From NCBI GenBank assembly GCA_900128395.1, contig LT649363.1, positions 1 through 32,384 of the forward strand: a stretch of DNA of 32,384 nt. The letters run 5' to 3'. Origin of the DNA: Stramenopiles sp. TOSAG23-2 (lineage: Eukaryota). Made by a program: the position numbers and the translations under genes. Under the pieces are notes generated by a model. It was not told the origin of the DNA. It made no database searches and worked only from the letters and a program-made list of their open reading frames with translations. Shown one piece after another: positions 1 through 9,525 of the stretch (position 1 is the stretch's first letter; each line of letters starts with the position of its first letter).

Positions 1-547
1 GAAGATACCTCTGTTGGCGCGACAAAAAATTGGCGGGGTATTACCTCCTCAGCAGACGGGACAAAGCTGGCAGCGACTGTTCAAGACGGCAACATATGGA
101 CCTCCAGCAACAGCGGTGCGACTTGGACGGTAGATACCTCCGTTGGTGCTACGAAAAATTGGCGGGGTATTACCTCCTCGGCAGACGGAACGAAGCTGGC
201 GGCGGTTGTGAATAATGGCAACATATGGACCTCCAGCAACAGCGGTGCGACCTGGACGGAAGATACCTCCGTTGGTGCGACGAAAGCTTGGTATGGTATC
301 ACCTCCTCGGCTAATGGGACGAAGCTGGCGGCAGCTGTGAGTTGGGGCAACATATGGACCTCCATTGAATGTCCTGCTGGTAACCGCCATACCCCTGGGC
401 TTTGTAAGCCATGGACTACGTGTTCTACAGCGGTGCGACCTGGACGGAAGATACCTCCGTTGGTGCGACTAAAGATTGGTGGGCTATTACCTCCTCGGCA
501 GATGGAACGAAGCTGGCGGCAGGTGCGTGGAATGGCAATATATGGAC
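1..547 (+). repeat. 129-bp coding tandem repeat (~4 copies)
   Basis: GWAGATACCTC unit starts at 1, 130, 259 and 447; the last spacing is 129+59. Confidence 0.95.
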
Positions 548-1079
548 ACTTGACACAACACCAACAACAGACACAAGTAGTTCCACAACCAACGACTTAG
601 AAATATGTGAGTTCGGATTTTTTAAAGATGAAACCGGTACGTGTGTACACGAAAGCACCAGTTTAGATAATTCTGACAATACATATGCCTATATAAATGA
701 TGAAAACTGGTATCATGAAGATTTATTAAAATATTATAATGCGTGGGACGAAGAAGAATTTAAAGATAACCCGCCAAATGTAGTGACCGATATAGCAGGT
801 GTACAAGCCTCATTTGAACAACAAATTGAAAATATAGAAAATAGCTATTTAGATAATACCCCAGATAGCCGATTTGTACAAATTAATCATGAATACGATG
901 GGATAGAAATGGATATTCTAGGAAATTATGATGATACTATGACAGAAGAAGAAAAACTGGCTGAACTGGAACGTTTGAAAAAGCTATATAAAGAAGACCT
1001 TGTAGAAGATGAATCGTTTAGGACGAATGGGAAAATTTATAGTTACGAACCATCATATGTTGAATTTGAGCGGTTGTGA
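1..1079 (+). pseudogene. BNR/Asp-box (beta-propeller) repeat protein with acidic C-terminus, 5' partial, frameshifted near 365-426
   Basis: Frame 1 from base 1 reads EDTSVGATKNWRGITSSADGTKLAATVQDGNIWTSSNSGATW in 43-aa units. After a 62-bp Cys-rich segment (ECPAG...CKPWTTCS) the repeat resumes in frame 3 and runs to TGA at 1077-1079. Confidence 0.75.
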
Positions 1080-1569
1080 AATATTAGACTAAAATATTTA
1101 ATAAATAATCCCGTTTTATTAGCAAATGTGAAGTTAAGGGAAAGTTATATAAACTTGTTGATATTAATACCCTGGACCCTGGAAATTCTTACCAATTATA
1201 TTGGTAAATAATAAAATAGAATAACAATAAGTATAGCGAGATAATAGGCCAGCATATTTAACAGGCGATTACTGTTAGGAATGCTTAGGTATAATGTAAA
1301 TAGTGGGACACAGCATTACGTATGCTCAAAAATAAAATCTTTAATCCAACTCCAACTCTAAAAGATAATAATTATTATTATTTTTGATGAACATAGATAA
1401 CCACCCGGAATATCGCACGCAAACGCACAAACAAGAACCGAAACAGATAACGAGCCGTATATTCAACAAAATATATTGGAAAGCACGAATAAAAAACACA
1501 TTTACAATCGCATATTGAAACAACATTTACTTTTCGCCAAACACCAAAACAAACTTTAAATTGACTACC

Positions 1570-2493
1570 ATGTCCAGCAGCAGCTCCCGACCACGAAAAA
1601 AAAGGAAAATTGAGCAGCCGAAAATTGACTGGAAGAAGTTGAAAAAAATTATCGGTGCGAAGATAGTAAAAAAACTACAATCTCCCAGTAAAACAGATAA
1701 TGGAAAATTAAACTTGAGTAAAAAAAATCTTACAGCAGACGATTGTAAGTTGCTGGCACCTGCTATTATCCATTATGGCAAAATTTTAAAAGAAAAAACA
1801 GAGGGTTCAGTGTCCGGCTGGTCCAATCTCAATTTATCGTTTAATAAAATTGGCGACGAAGGTTGTAAAAACTTGGTTGATATTTTGAAACACCACAAGG
1901 GAGGAAACAACCGCTTTTTTTTCCTAAACCTACGTAGCAACAACATTACCGCAGAAGGCTGTAAATACATAAATGTGTTTGCTGATTTGGACGCTAGCCA
2001 TACTGAAACCATATTTAACATCAGCGACAATAATATTGGTGACGAAGGTGTAAAAATGCTCTTAAGTGGAAGTTGCGAGGTTGAGAATACCGCTTTACAG
2101 TTTAACAATGTTGGTTTGACAAATAAAGGGTTGAAATATTTACTTGTTAATATTGACCAAAGCGAATACGGATACGCTCGTAAAATTGAAATGGCAAACA
2201 ATAATTTGACTGACAAATGTGAGGAAAATATGTTGGATTTTATAAAATGTTCAAATAGTTTGCCTATGAATATTTCTGGTAATAAATTTTCTACAAAAGT
2301 TCAAAGAAGATTTAAAGCCTGTTTCGGTGCTAAATTACGTTTCAGTGAAAGTGAAAGCACATTAAAAGATTTTAAATGTGATTACAAAAGAAAAATTACA
2401 AAAAAAGAAATGAAACTTTTTGAAAGCGACGACGAGGACGAAGAAAGCAGCGAAGAAGAGGAAAGTAGCGAGGAAGAAAGCAGTGAAGAATAG
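1570..2493 (+). CDS. RI-like leucine-rich repeat protein with N-terminal NLS-like patch and acidic tail
   Basis: LNLSFNKIGDEGC, LNLRSNNITAEGC, FNISDNNIGDEGV, LQFNNVGLTNKG; RPRKKRK at the N-terminus; EDEESSEEEESSEEESSEE tail; first ATG at 1570. Confidence 0.85.
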   Translation: MSSSSSRPRKKRKIEQPKIDWKKLKKIIGAKIVKKLQSPSKTDNGKLNLSKKNLTADDCKLLAPAIIHYGKILKEKTEGSVSGWSNLNLSFNKIGDEGCKNLVDILKHHKGGNNRFFFLNLRSNNITAEGCKYINVFADLDASHTETIFNISDNNIGDEGVKMLLSGSCEVENTALQFNNVGLTNKGLKYLLVNIDQSEYGYARKIEMANNNLTDKCEENMLDFIKCSNSLPMNISGNKFSTKVQRRFKACFGAKLRFSESESTLKDFKCDYKRKITKKEMKLFESDDEDEESSEEEESSEEESSEE

Positions 2494-2531
2494 TATTTAT
2501 AAAAACAATAAAAACTATTCAATATTAAAAT

Positions 2532-4001
2532 TTATGAACCGCTAATAATTACATTACCATCTTTCATAGTCATCATTCTTTCACATTCCGCCCACAAAAA
2601 CAAGTCATATTTACCATTTTTCTGTAAAGTTCGTCCTCTAGTTTGTCGCCATACAACAGGATTATTGCTGTCAATCGCCGTTCCCATGCCTGGTTCATTT
2701 TCACTACCTTTACTTAGATTTATACCATAATAATGTCCCACGCCATTTAATTCATTGAATTGATAACCAAAAATAGTGTGATTGTTTCCAAAGTTCTGTG
2801 AAATATCAGCATTGTACAAAGTTGCTGGAGTGACACTTGTTTGACCTTCAAAACTACTCATTCCTACAGGAACATTATGGATTGCGCCTGCCTCACACTC
2901 AGATAATTCCTGCCAAATTCTAGAATCCATGTCAATTGGACTAGGATAAACAGGGTGATTGTTAATAGTAAGTTGGACGGTTTCGTCACTACTCATAGTT
3001 GCTTCACTTACAAAGTTTCCAGCAATATTATTTGCTGGAACTTGTGGAGAAGCAGCAAAATTAGGTTGAGGAGTGACTGCCGCAAATATTTTACGAACAA
3101 TTTGATTATTTAATCCCAAAACTTGGCTAGTTTCTTGTTGGGTTTTTTGACCAGCAGCAACTGTAATTGCTGGAAATGCGTTTGAAATTTTAACATTCAC
3201 ATTATCGGTATAAGTTAAACTAAGTCCTTTTGCCATTTCTGCTTGTAATTTTTCCATGACTGGCACCTCATCTGGTTGATCATCAAAATAAATTAAGTCA
3301 CAAACTAATTTCATTTTTTCTTCAACAATCTTGTTTCCAGCAACAAAATTAAATCCAGACAAAGTAGTTATACGATTACCAGCTCTATCTGGTGCGAAAT
3401 CTAGAACCACACTAAACTGACCTAACAAACCTAGTGGTAATTGTAATTGCGACATCATTGGGAACAAATCTGACAAGTAAATTCTAAATTCAGGTGTTGT
3501 TGCCGCTGTTGTACCTAGTTTAAAGGCACTATTTATTGCGAAATTACCTGTAGCAACTATATCTACACCATTTATATTTTTGTCTAAACTATATTGGCCT
3601 TGTACACCATTACTTCCGGTCTCAACCATGAAGTCTTGTATCCCACCCGTTCTAGTAGGCATCACCTGGCGTCTTTTAGATGGCACCCTGTACCATGATT
3701 TTAAACTGATATAACTATTTACATCACGGGTTTGAGCAATTACATTATTTTCATACATTAATGTAGCTGTTTCAATACAACCAGTTATTCCAGCAAATAA
3801 TGGAAGATTTCTTGAAGCATCCACTGCTGTTAAACTAATTGTAATGTAAGCATTATTGTCCAATATACCGCTTCTAGGTAGATTTAATCTACAAGTTTCA
3901 TCGGTAAATGATTGTGGTTCAACTACTCTAGTTTCAACATTTACAGACTGACCTAAATTATCCGGCTTTCCGCCAACTTTTAAAACACTAGCAATACTCA
4001 T
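2532..4001 (-). CDS. PLV major capsid protein (double jelly-roll), 489 aa
   Basis: N-terminal VETRVVEP..TCRLNLPRSGILD and LPLFAGITGCIETATL, central IYLSDLFPMM..LQLPL, KLVCDLIYFD and C-terminal LFLWAECERMMTMKDG resemble PLV MCP motifs; typical length. Confidence 0.85.
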   Translation of the reverse strand: MSIASVLKVGGKPDNLGQSVNVETRVVEPQSFTDETCRLNLPRSGILDNNAYITISLTAVDASRNLPLFAGITGCIETATLMYENNVIAQTRDVNSYISLKSWYRVPSKRRQVMPTRTGGIQDFMVETGSNGVQGQYSLDKNINGVDIVATGNFAINSAFKLGTTAATTPEFRIYLSDLFPMMSQLQLPLGLLGQFSVVLDFAPDRAGNRITTLSGFNFVAGNKIVEEKMKLVCDLIYFDDQPDEVPVMEKLQAEMAKGLSLTYTDNVNVKISNAFPAITVAAGQKTQQETSQVLGLNNQIVRKIFAAVTPQPNFAASPQVPANNIAGNFVSEATMSSDETVQLTINNHPVYPSPIDMDSRIWQELSECEAGAIHNVPVGMSSFEGQTSVTPATLYNADISQNFGNNHTIFGYQFNELNGVGHYYGINLSKGSENEPGMGTAIDSNNPVVWRQTRGRTLQKNGKYDLFLWAECERMMTMKDGNVIISGS

Positions 4002-4033
4002 TTGTTATACCGAAAGAAAATATTTTACTAAAG

Positions 4034-4064
4034 TTAAACTTTATATTTCTTGTATAAAGTTTAA
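4034..4064. terminator. Perfect 12-bp stem hairpin between the MCP2 remnant and the MCP
   Basis: TTAAACTTTATA (4034-4045), 7-nt loop, TATAAAGTTTAA (4053-4064). Terminator role is inferred. Confidence 0.45.
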
Positions 4065-4134
4065 TTTATGGGGATGGATGGGGGACTACAACTCATTTAC
4101 CTACGGCTTTTACTCTATAAAATACACAAATATT

Positions 4135-4284
4135 TTATTCTACAGTAGTTGCCGAACCATTGCCGCCCAGAATTAGGACACTTCTATGTAGCATATATGT
4201 ATAAATACTGTTAGGTGAACTACCATTTAATGTAGAGCGGATACGATGAGTAAATGGACGACCACGCATATTTGCTCCATATCT
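4135..4284 (-). pseudogene. C-terminal remnant of a second MCP paralog
   Basis: Hand translation: RYGANMRGRPFTHRIRSTLNGSSPNSIYTYMLHRSVLILGGNGSATTVE*, paralleling the last beta-strands of PLV MCPs. Overlaps the 3' end of the upstream ORF in another frame. Confidence 0.65.
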
Positions 4285-5495
4285 TCAAATATCTGCTCTG
4301 CTTCTAACTCAATAAAACAAGTTAAGGGCTGTAGCAATGGGCTAAATTCAGTTTCATTATTACCCAAAACTACATTCATACCGTTTGGGAGAGGTTGTGG
4401 ACCTTGATAATCGTTTCGTAACAAGATGTAGGGTTTATTTGAAAAACCTTCTCTTACATTAAATGATTTTATTTCTACTGGACCAGTTGAATTTGGGTAT
4501 TTTTCCGTCATGTTAAACAAGTTATTACCTCTGTAACGTGGAACATTATAAAATGGTGCTGGGATGCCAGTTGTATTAATATGGTCAGCGTTATATAGTC
4601 CTAACCCAACATTATTATTAACATTGTCTATTCCAAATCGTATGGGGGTCCCTTGTGGACTGGAACTAGGTGCTGCTGCTGGTGAAAAGAGATATGGTAG
4701 TGTATTTACTATTGGAACAGCATTTGTTAATTCACAAACAATTCTATTATTAGAAATATCAAAAGATTTAACAGTAGATAAAATGCTCCATTCTATATCA
4801 CCTCCATCATCAATATTACTGTAAAGAACATTCATTCCAGTTAAAGCTTTAAAACTAGATGTATAATTAGAATAATCAGTATTCAGTGGTAAAAGCATGC
4901 CTGATGGGTCTGAGTCACCGGCAGTAGATAAATGAATTTTTTTTAAATTCTGTAAAAGCCCTGAATCAGTTACAAATACTCCTCCTTCATCTTCTAGACC
5001 AAAAACTACAAAGCATTTAGATATATCAGCCGATAAAACATCTATTTGACTATTAATTTCAGGAGGATTAGCACCAATTCCGTTGTCAAAATCAGTTGAA
5101 TAACCAATTGGATTATAAGTAGCATCATTTATAGGTATTTTACGGTTTGCTGCTTGACTACCATAACCAGGTGCTGGAAGTTGTACAGGAAGTGTATTTG
5201 TCTTACTACCATTGTTATTATTTAAATAAAATCCAACTTCTAAAACTACTTTATTATCCACGTATGGTTTCTTCACGCCATTTATCTGAGGATTTGTTCT
5301 CGTAAATTCTAAAACATCAGGACTTCCAATACCTTCGGATTCTATAGCCACACTTTGAACTGATACTTGGTCCCCGGGCTTCAAATTAAATGGTGTAATA
5401 TCACTAGTATAAATAGAATTATACTCTTCGTTTTGGGATAAAATAGTAGAATTTGCCCTATTACACTCAATTAAATACGTTTGTTGTAAATTCAT
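4227..5495 (-). CDS. PLV minor-capsid/structural protein, probably C-terminally truncated
   Basis: N-terminal YLIECNRANS...FNLKPGDQVSVQSVAIE..G.G..DVLEF resembles the start of PLV minor-capsid-like proteins; beta-rich N/G/P composition; the last ~18 aa are an out-of-frame reading of the MCP2 remnant. Confidence 0.7.
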   Translation of the reverse strand: MNLQQTYLIECNRANSTILSQNEEYNSIYTSDITPFNLKPGDQVSVQSVAIESEGIGSPDVLEFTRTNPQINGVKKPYVDNKVVLEVGFYLNNNNGSKTNTLPVQLPAPGYGSQAANRKIPINDATYNPIGYSTDFDNGIGANPPEINSQIDVLSADISKCFVVFGLEDEGGVFVTDSGLLQNLKKIHLSTAGDSDPSGMLLPLNTDYSNYTSSFKALTGMNVLYSNIDDGGDIEWSILSTVKSFDISNNRIVCELTNAVPIVNTLPYLFSPAAAPSSSPQGTPIRFGIDNVNNNVGLGLYNADHINTTGIPAPFYNVPRYRGNNLFNMTEKYPNSTGPVEIKSFNVREGFSNKPYILLRNDYQGPQPLPNGMNVVLGNNETEFSPLLQPLTCFIELEAEQIFEDMEQICVVVHLLIVSALH

Positions 5496-5537
5496 AATAT
5501 ATAATACAAATAAATTAAAATTAGTATAAAAACATGT

Positions 5538-7781
5538 TTAACTAGGTTGTTTTACACCAGGAAGCGGAACGTATGTATAATCAACTACATCTCCAATGTG
5601 TTCACTGTCGCTGTTGTATATTTTATTCTTACATCCTTCTACTACATAATGTCCCTCTTCAATAAAATAATACCCTGTTTTCTTAAAATTTTTTGATTTT
5701 TCGCACTCTATTATGTCGTATGGCTTCTTCCACATTTTTATTTTTCTTATTTTGTCCTTTTGTTTTATTTTTGCTTCTTCTTTTAACAATTTTGTCATGT
5801 CAACATGTTCTTTCTTGTTGTCTTCATCTTCAATTTCTTGTTCTAATTTATCTATTTCTTCCTGTATTTCATCCTGTTTTTCACTATTCCACTCGTAGTC
5901 ATAATCTGAATCTTCATTCTGCTCAGATTCGTTATATAAATCTTGTATTTCTTGCTTTAATTGACAAATTTTTTCTAGTTTTATCTGCTTTTGTTCTTCT
6001 TTTTTTTGTAATTTTAATTGTTTTTCTTTTTCTATTTTCTCTTTTTTTTTTTCTAACTTCATGTAAGCCACTTCTATTTCATACGTGTCTTTTACATTCG
6101 GTTCTGCTAGATAAGGCGTTTCTTCTTCTTCTTCTTCTACTTCTTCTTCGCTTTTATTCTCGTTTTCGCTAGAAGCACTTGTATTAGACAATTCATCATC
6201 TTTTTGAGTTTTTAATTTCACTTCTTTTTTTTCAACAACATCATATACTAATTCACCGTCAATAATTTCGCCTTTTCGTTTTCCGCGTCTGCTGTAAATA
6301 ATATCGTTGTAAATAGTTTTAAAATCTCTCAACATTTGTTCGTCTTTAAAATTTTCTAGCCAATCGTTTGTTTCTACATTAAATGGACGCATTTTATACC
6401 TAATTTTTATGACATTAGATTTTGTTTGTGGAACTAATGCGATAAAAATAAAGTTTGGATGATAAAAATTTGGTCCGTCACGTCCTACATCAACGTCACA
6501 CCCAACTATTTCATCGTTTTCGTTGTAAATGTATTTACCACCATAATTTTTGTATATTGCTTCACGGAATTTGTTGCCACGTGTAAAACTAGTTTTTGGA
6601 GCTGGTTGTGGAACTAATCGTTGTAAGCATGCGTGCTTTACATTATATGGTTGCCGACCATTTGGTTCATCTACTTCTGTTCGTGCTCTTGTGTGTCTAG
6701 CTTCATGTGGATACGCTATATCATATATGTTAAACAAATTGCGGTATTCTTCTCGTTCAACTTCTAGCATTTCAAACTCATCATTATCAAAAGAACTAAA
6801 TTTTGCTTGTTTTGGGTCAGGAATATAAACGCCATCTTTCATTTCACCTTTTCTTCTGCCATTTTTATCGTAAATCACGTCACTGTCTTCAAGCTTATAA
6901 TATAACACCCTGCTCGTGTTGTAAAATCGTTTTTTTTTACAATTATACATACGGATATCCCATTTTAGCTTCTTTCGTAGTTCTTTTTTTGTCATAAACT
7001 TGTAAAATCGTTTATATCTTGTTAAGTGATATCCAACGACTTCACCGCTTAAATCACAAATTTTAAAACCCCTTTCGTCTCTGTTTCCCACAAACAAATT
7101 TTGGCACTTTTCATTAATTCGCACGTATTTTGTTTTTATATTGTGAACCACAATCTTCCGAATATTACAATATTTGCTGACATTAACGTTTTTTAAGTCA
7201 ATCGGTGGTTTTCGTTTTGACATTAAATCAATTTTATATACTTCCAATGAGTCTTTATACGTTTTAATATCTTGTTTCAACAAGTTCAATTTTTCTTCGT
7301 AATCGCTAGGTAATTTTTTCATGCCTGTGCTTTTCTTTTTTTCCTTCAGCATTGCTCGCCATTCGTTTGCTTTCTTTTGGTGCTTTAATGTTTTGTTGTG
7401 TGCTTTTAAATTTGAACGACTGGTTACTTTCTTATCACAAGAATAACAATAAAACGTTGGTGTGTAAATTGACATACTATTTTCGTCGCAAAATTGCTCA
7501 AGACGTAGCATCGCTTTTTCGTTTTTCCAAAAGCATCGTGTTATTTTATCGTTGGATAACTTTTTCCAACCCTTCTCATATTTGCTAGGCTCTCCCATTT
7601 TAGACGGTTCAATATACGCTTCATATTCCATGATATTTGAAGCATCGTAGTCCGTAAAGTGACAGTGAAGAAATGCATTACGCTTTAGTTCCAAATATTC
7701 GGCGGTGACTCGATCTGATGCATGTTCTGTTGATAAATTTTTCTCAGTAATTTTCCCTGACAATGTTGCTAATGATGCCAT
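5538..7781 (-). CDS. C2H2 zinc-finger protein with repeated IYxxxGxxxG motifs and an acidic coiled coil (giant-virus-like)
   Basis: FYCYSCDKKVTSRSNLKAHNKTLKH; repeats VIYDKNGRRKGEMKDG, IIYSRRGKRKGEIIDG, YIYNENDEIVG, KIYNSDSEHIGD; 747-aa intronless ORF. Confidence 0.8.
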   Translation of the reverse strand: MASLATLSGKITEKNLSTEHASDRVTAEYLELKRNAFLHCHFTDYDASNIMEYEAYIEPSKMGEPSKYEKGWKKLSNDKITRCFWKNEKAMLRLEQFCDENSMSIYTPTFYCYSCDKKVTSRSNLKAHNKTLKHQKKANEWRAMLKEKKKSTGMKKLPSDYEEKLNLLKQDIKTYKDSLEVYKIDLMSKRKPPIDLKNVNVSKYCNIRKIVVHNIKTKYVRINEKCQNLFVGNRDERGFKICDLSGEVVGYHLTRYKRFYKFMTKKELRKKLKWDIRMYNCKKKRFYNTSRVLYYKLEDSDVIYDKNGRRKGEMKDGVYIPDPKQAKFSSFDNDEFEMLEVEREEYRNLFNIYDIAYPHEARHTRARTEVDEPNGRQPYNVKHACLQRLVPQPAPKTSFTRGNKFREAIYKNYGGKYIYNENDEIVGCDVDVGRDGPNFYHPNFIFIALVPQTKSNVIKIRYKMRPFNVETNDWLENFKDEQMLRDFKTIYNDIIYSRRGKRKGEIIDGELVYDVVEKKEVKLKTQKDDELSNTSASSENENKSEEEVEEEEEETPYLAEPNVKDTYEIEVAYMKLEKKKEKIEKEKQLKLQKKEEQKQIKLEKICQLKQEIQDLYNESEQNEDSDYDYEWNSEKQDEIQEEIDKLEQEIEDEDNKKEHVDMTKLLKEEAKIKQKDKIRKIKMWKKPYDIIECEKSKNFKKTGYYFIEEGHYVVEGCKNKIYNSDSEHIGDVVDYTYVPLPGVKQPS

Positions 7782-7862
7782 GATGATTGTTGTGGCGATT
7801 GAAAATAAATAATTTATTTATATCCTGAATAAATGTGTGTTTTTATTTTGGTGGAGTTTCCG

Positions 7863-7870
7863 TCAATTTT
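7863..7870 (-). promoter_or_regulatory. AAAATTGA (Mimiviridae early-promoter-like octamer)
   Basis: Plus-strand TCAATTTT, ~80 bp upstream of the zinc-finger gene ATG in the correct orientation; chance occurrence is possible in AT-rich DNA. Confidence 0.3.
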
Positions 7871-8112
7871 ACGTTTATAGTTTGACGACACGTGTTGCTA
7901 CTTATTTATTCATTTTTATTTAAATAATTATATGTTTACTATAAAATTATTTATTGGACGATGTTATTTTTATATGGCTTTAAAAGGGAAAACAATAAAA
8001 GTTGTTTTTGGTGATTTTTGATAGATTTTACATGGTATAGCATTAAGTATTTTAAATATTATAAATAAACAATAAAAAAATACTTAGAGTTATATTAATT
8101 ACTATAATTATA

Positions 8113-8589
8113 ATGAAAAAATTAACTCCAGAAGTTGTTGAACGTCTATTAGCATTGGCTAATATATTAACACCAGAAGTAGTAGAAAAACTACTACAAG
8201 ATAGAGTAGCAGAAAAGCCTACAAAAAAATCCTATATGGCAAAACTAGCAAAAAAAACAATTTGTTATAAGAAGTTTGTAGATGAAATCAAGTTACCAGA
8301 TAATCCTATGGAATCATTATATGATGAAAAACAAGTTGATTTTTATTCGTATGTCATATTAAATTATATAAAAAAATATAAATATATTCCCATCTTTTGT
8401 AGTGCTATAAAAAACAATAAAATGTATAAAATATATAATGGAACAACATGGGAAGAAAAAGAAGATTTAAACGATATTATTGATAAAATATGTAAACTAC
8501 TTTTAGTTAAAGGATTTCAACAATGGGAAAAAAAGAATCCTGATTTCCAAAAAAATCAAAAAAAAAACGATAAATTTAAGGATATATAG
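8113..8589 (+). CDS. Protein resembling the C-terminal domain of giant-virus MIGE-type proteins
   Basis: IPIFCSAIKNNKMYKIYNGTTWEE...QQWEKKNPDF parallels the RPIHCSD..RE.LY.KD..WEK...W...NPD motif; duplicated LTPEVVExLL at the N-terminus. Confidence 0.55.
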   Translation: MKKLTPEVVERLLALANILTPEVVEKLLQDRVAEKPTKKSYMAKLAKKTICYKKFVDEIKLPDNPMESLYDEKQVDFYSYVILNYIKKYKYIPIFCSAIKNNKMYKIYNGTTWEEKEDLNDIIDKICKLLLVKGFQQWEKKNPDFQKNQKKNDKFKDI

Positions 8590-8861
8590 TGTAAAATATT
8601 CTCAGGTATCACATAAAAAATAATGAGGAAAACTTACAAATATACAAATAATTCTTGTAAAAAATGTTCCAACAATTGCGCAAATTATTTTTAAAAAAAG
8701 TCCTGATTTCCAAAAAAATCAAAAAAAAAACGATAAATTTAAGGATATATAGTGTAAAATATTCTCAGGTATCACATAAAAAATAATGAGGAAAACTTAC
8801 AAATATACAAATAATTCTTGTAAAAAATGTTCCAACAATTGCGCAAATTATTTTTAAAAAA
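8538..8861 (+). repeat. 163-bp period near-perfect tandem duplication
   Basis: TCCTGATTTCC... starts at 8538 and 8701; copies differ essentially only in homopolymer lengths. Confidence 0.95.
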
Positions 8862-8970
8862 CTTGTTTCATGCCAATAATTTTCATAATTTATTCTAATA
8901 ATTGACACATTAAAACAAGTTATTTTTTATTACAAACTTAAATATTTTTACCTTTGAAACTAGTTATTTT

Positions 8971-9525
8971 AAAACATCAATTTTGGTGATTTTTGATAGT
9001 TTTTATAGTTATACTTATGTGTATTCTCCCAGCCTATCTATGAGAATTAATATAGGATTATCATTGTGTTTGTTGGCTTTCTAAGATTTTGTTGTTATAC
9101 TTATGTGTAATGTCCCTAGCCTATATATGAGAAATAACAGGGGAATAACATGGGTAATCATTTTGTATCATTGTGTTTGTTGGCTTTCTAAGATTTTGTT
9201 GTTATACTTATGTGTAATGTCCCCAGTCTATATATGAGAAATAACAGGGGTATAGCATGGGTAATCATCTTGTTGTAACTAGATAATTTCCGCAAACTAT
9301 TATAAAATAAATCATTTAATATATAATATTTAACTAGTTGTATAAAATATATTTTTCTTTCTAATTACGATATTTCAAAACATCAATTTTGGTGATTTTT
9401 GATAGTTTTTATAAGTATATATATAGGTATTCTTAGATTCCTATGTATAATATGTAATATACTTGTGTGTATTCTTTTCACGCCTATATATGAGAATTAA
9501 TAGGGGAATAGCATGGGGAAATCAT
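8971..9525 (+). repeat. Complex direct repeats (107-bp tandem pair, partial copies and a 37-bp repeat)
   Basis: TATCATTGTGTTTGTTGGC at 9059 and 9166; partial units at ~9008 and ~9458; AAAACATCAATTTTGGTGATTTTTGATAG at 8971 and 9377, with its core also at 8006. Confidence 0.9.

Noticed and set aside
371-430. Intron repairing the BNR-gene frameshift
   Set aside because: GT donors at 371, 380 and 404 with the AG at 430 give 60, 51 and 27 nt, all multiples of 3, so the frame is not restored.
1-547. Diversity-generating retroelement template/variable repeats
   Set aside because: Differences are not confined to adenines and no reverse transcriptase is in the window.
1570-2493. Bona fide RanGAP ortholog
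   Set aside because: Fewer repeats than RanGAP and no recognisable catalytic-region motif; only the layout is similar.
5693-7588. Short hydrophobic plus-strand ORFs (and similar ones opposite Tubby, USP, PTEN and ABCD)
   Set aside because: Antisense or alternate-frame shadows of longer genes with recognisable motifs.
8971-9525. CRISPR array
   Set aside because: Units are ~107-bp tandem copies without unique spacers; no cas genes; eukaryotic context.
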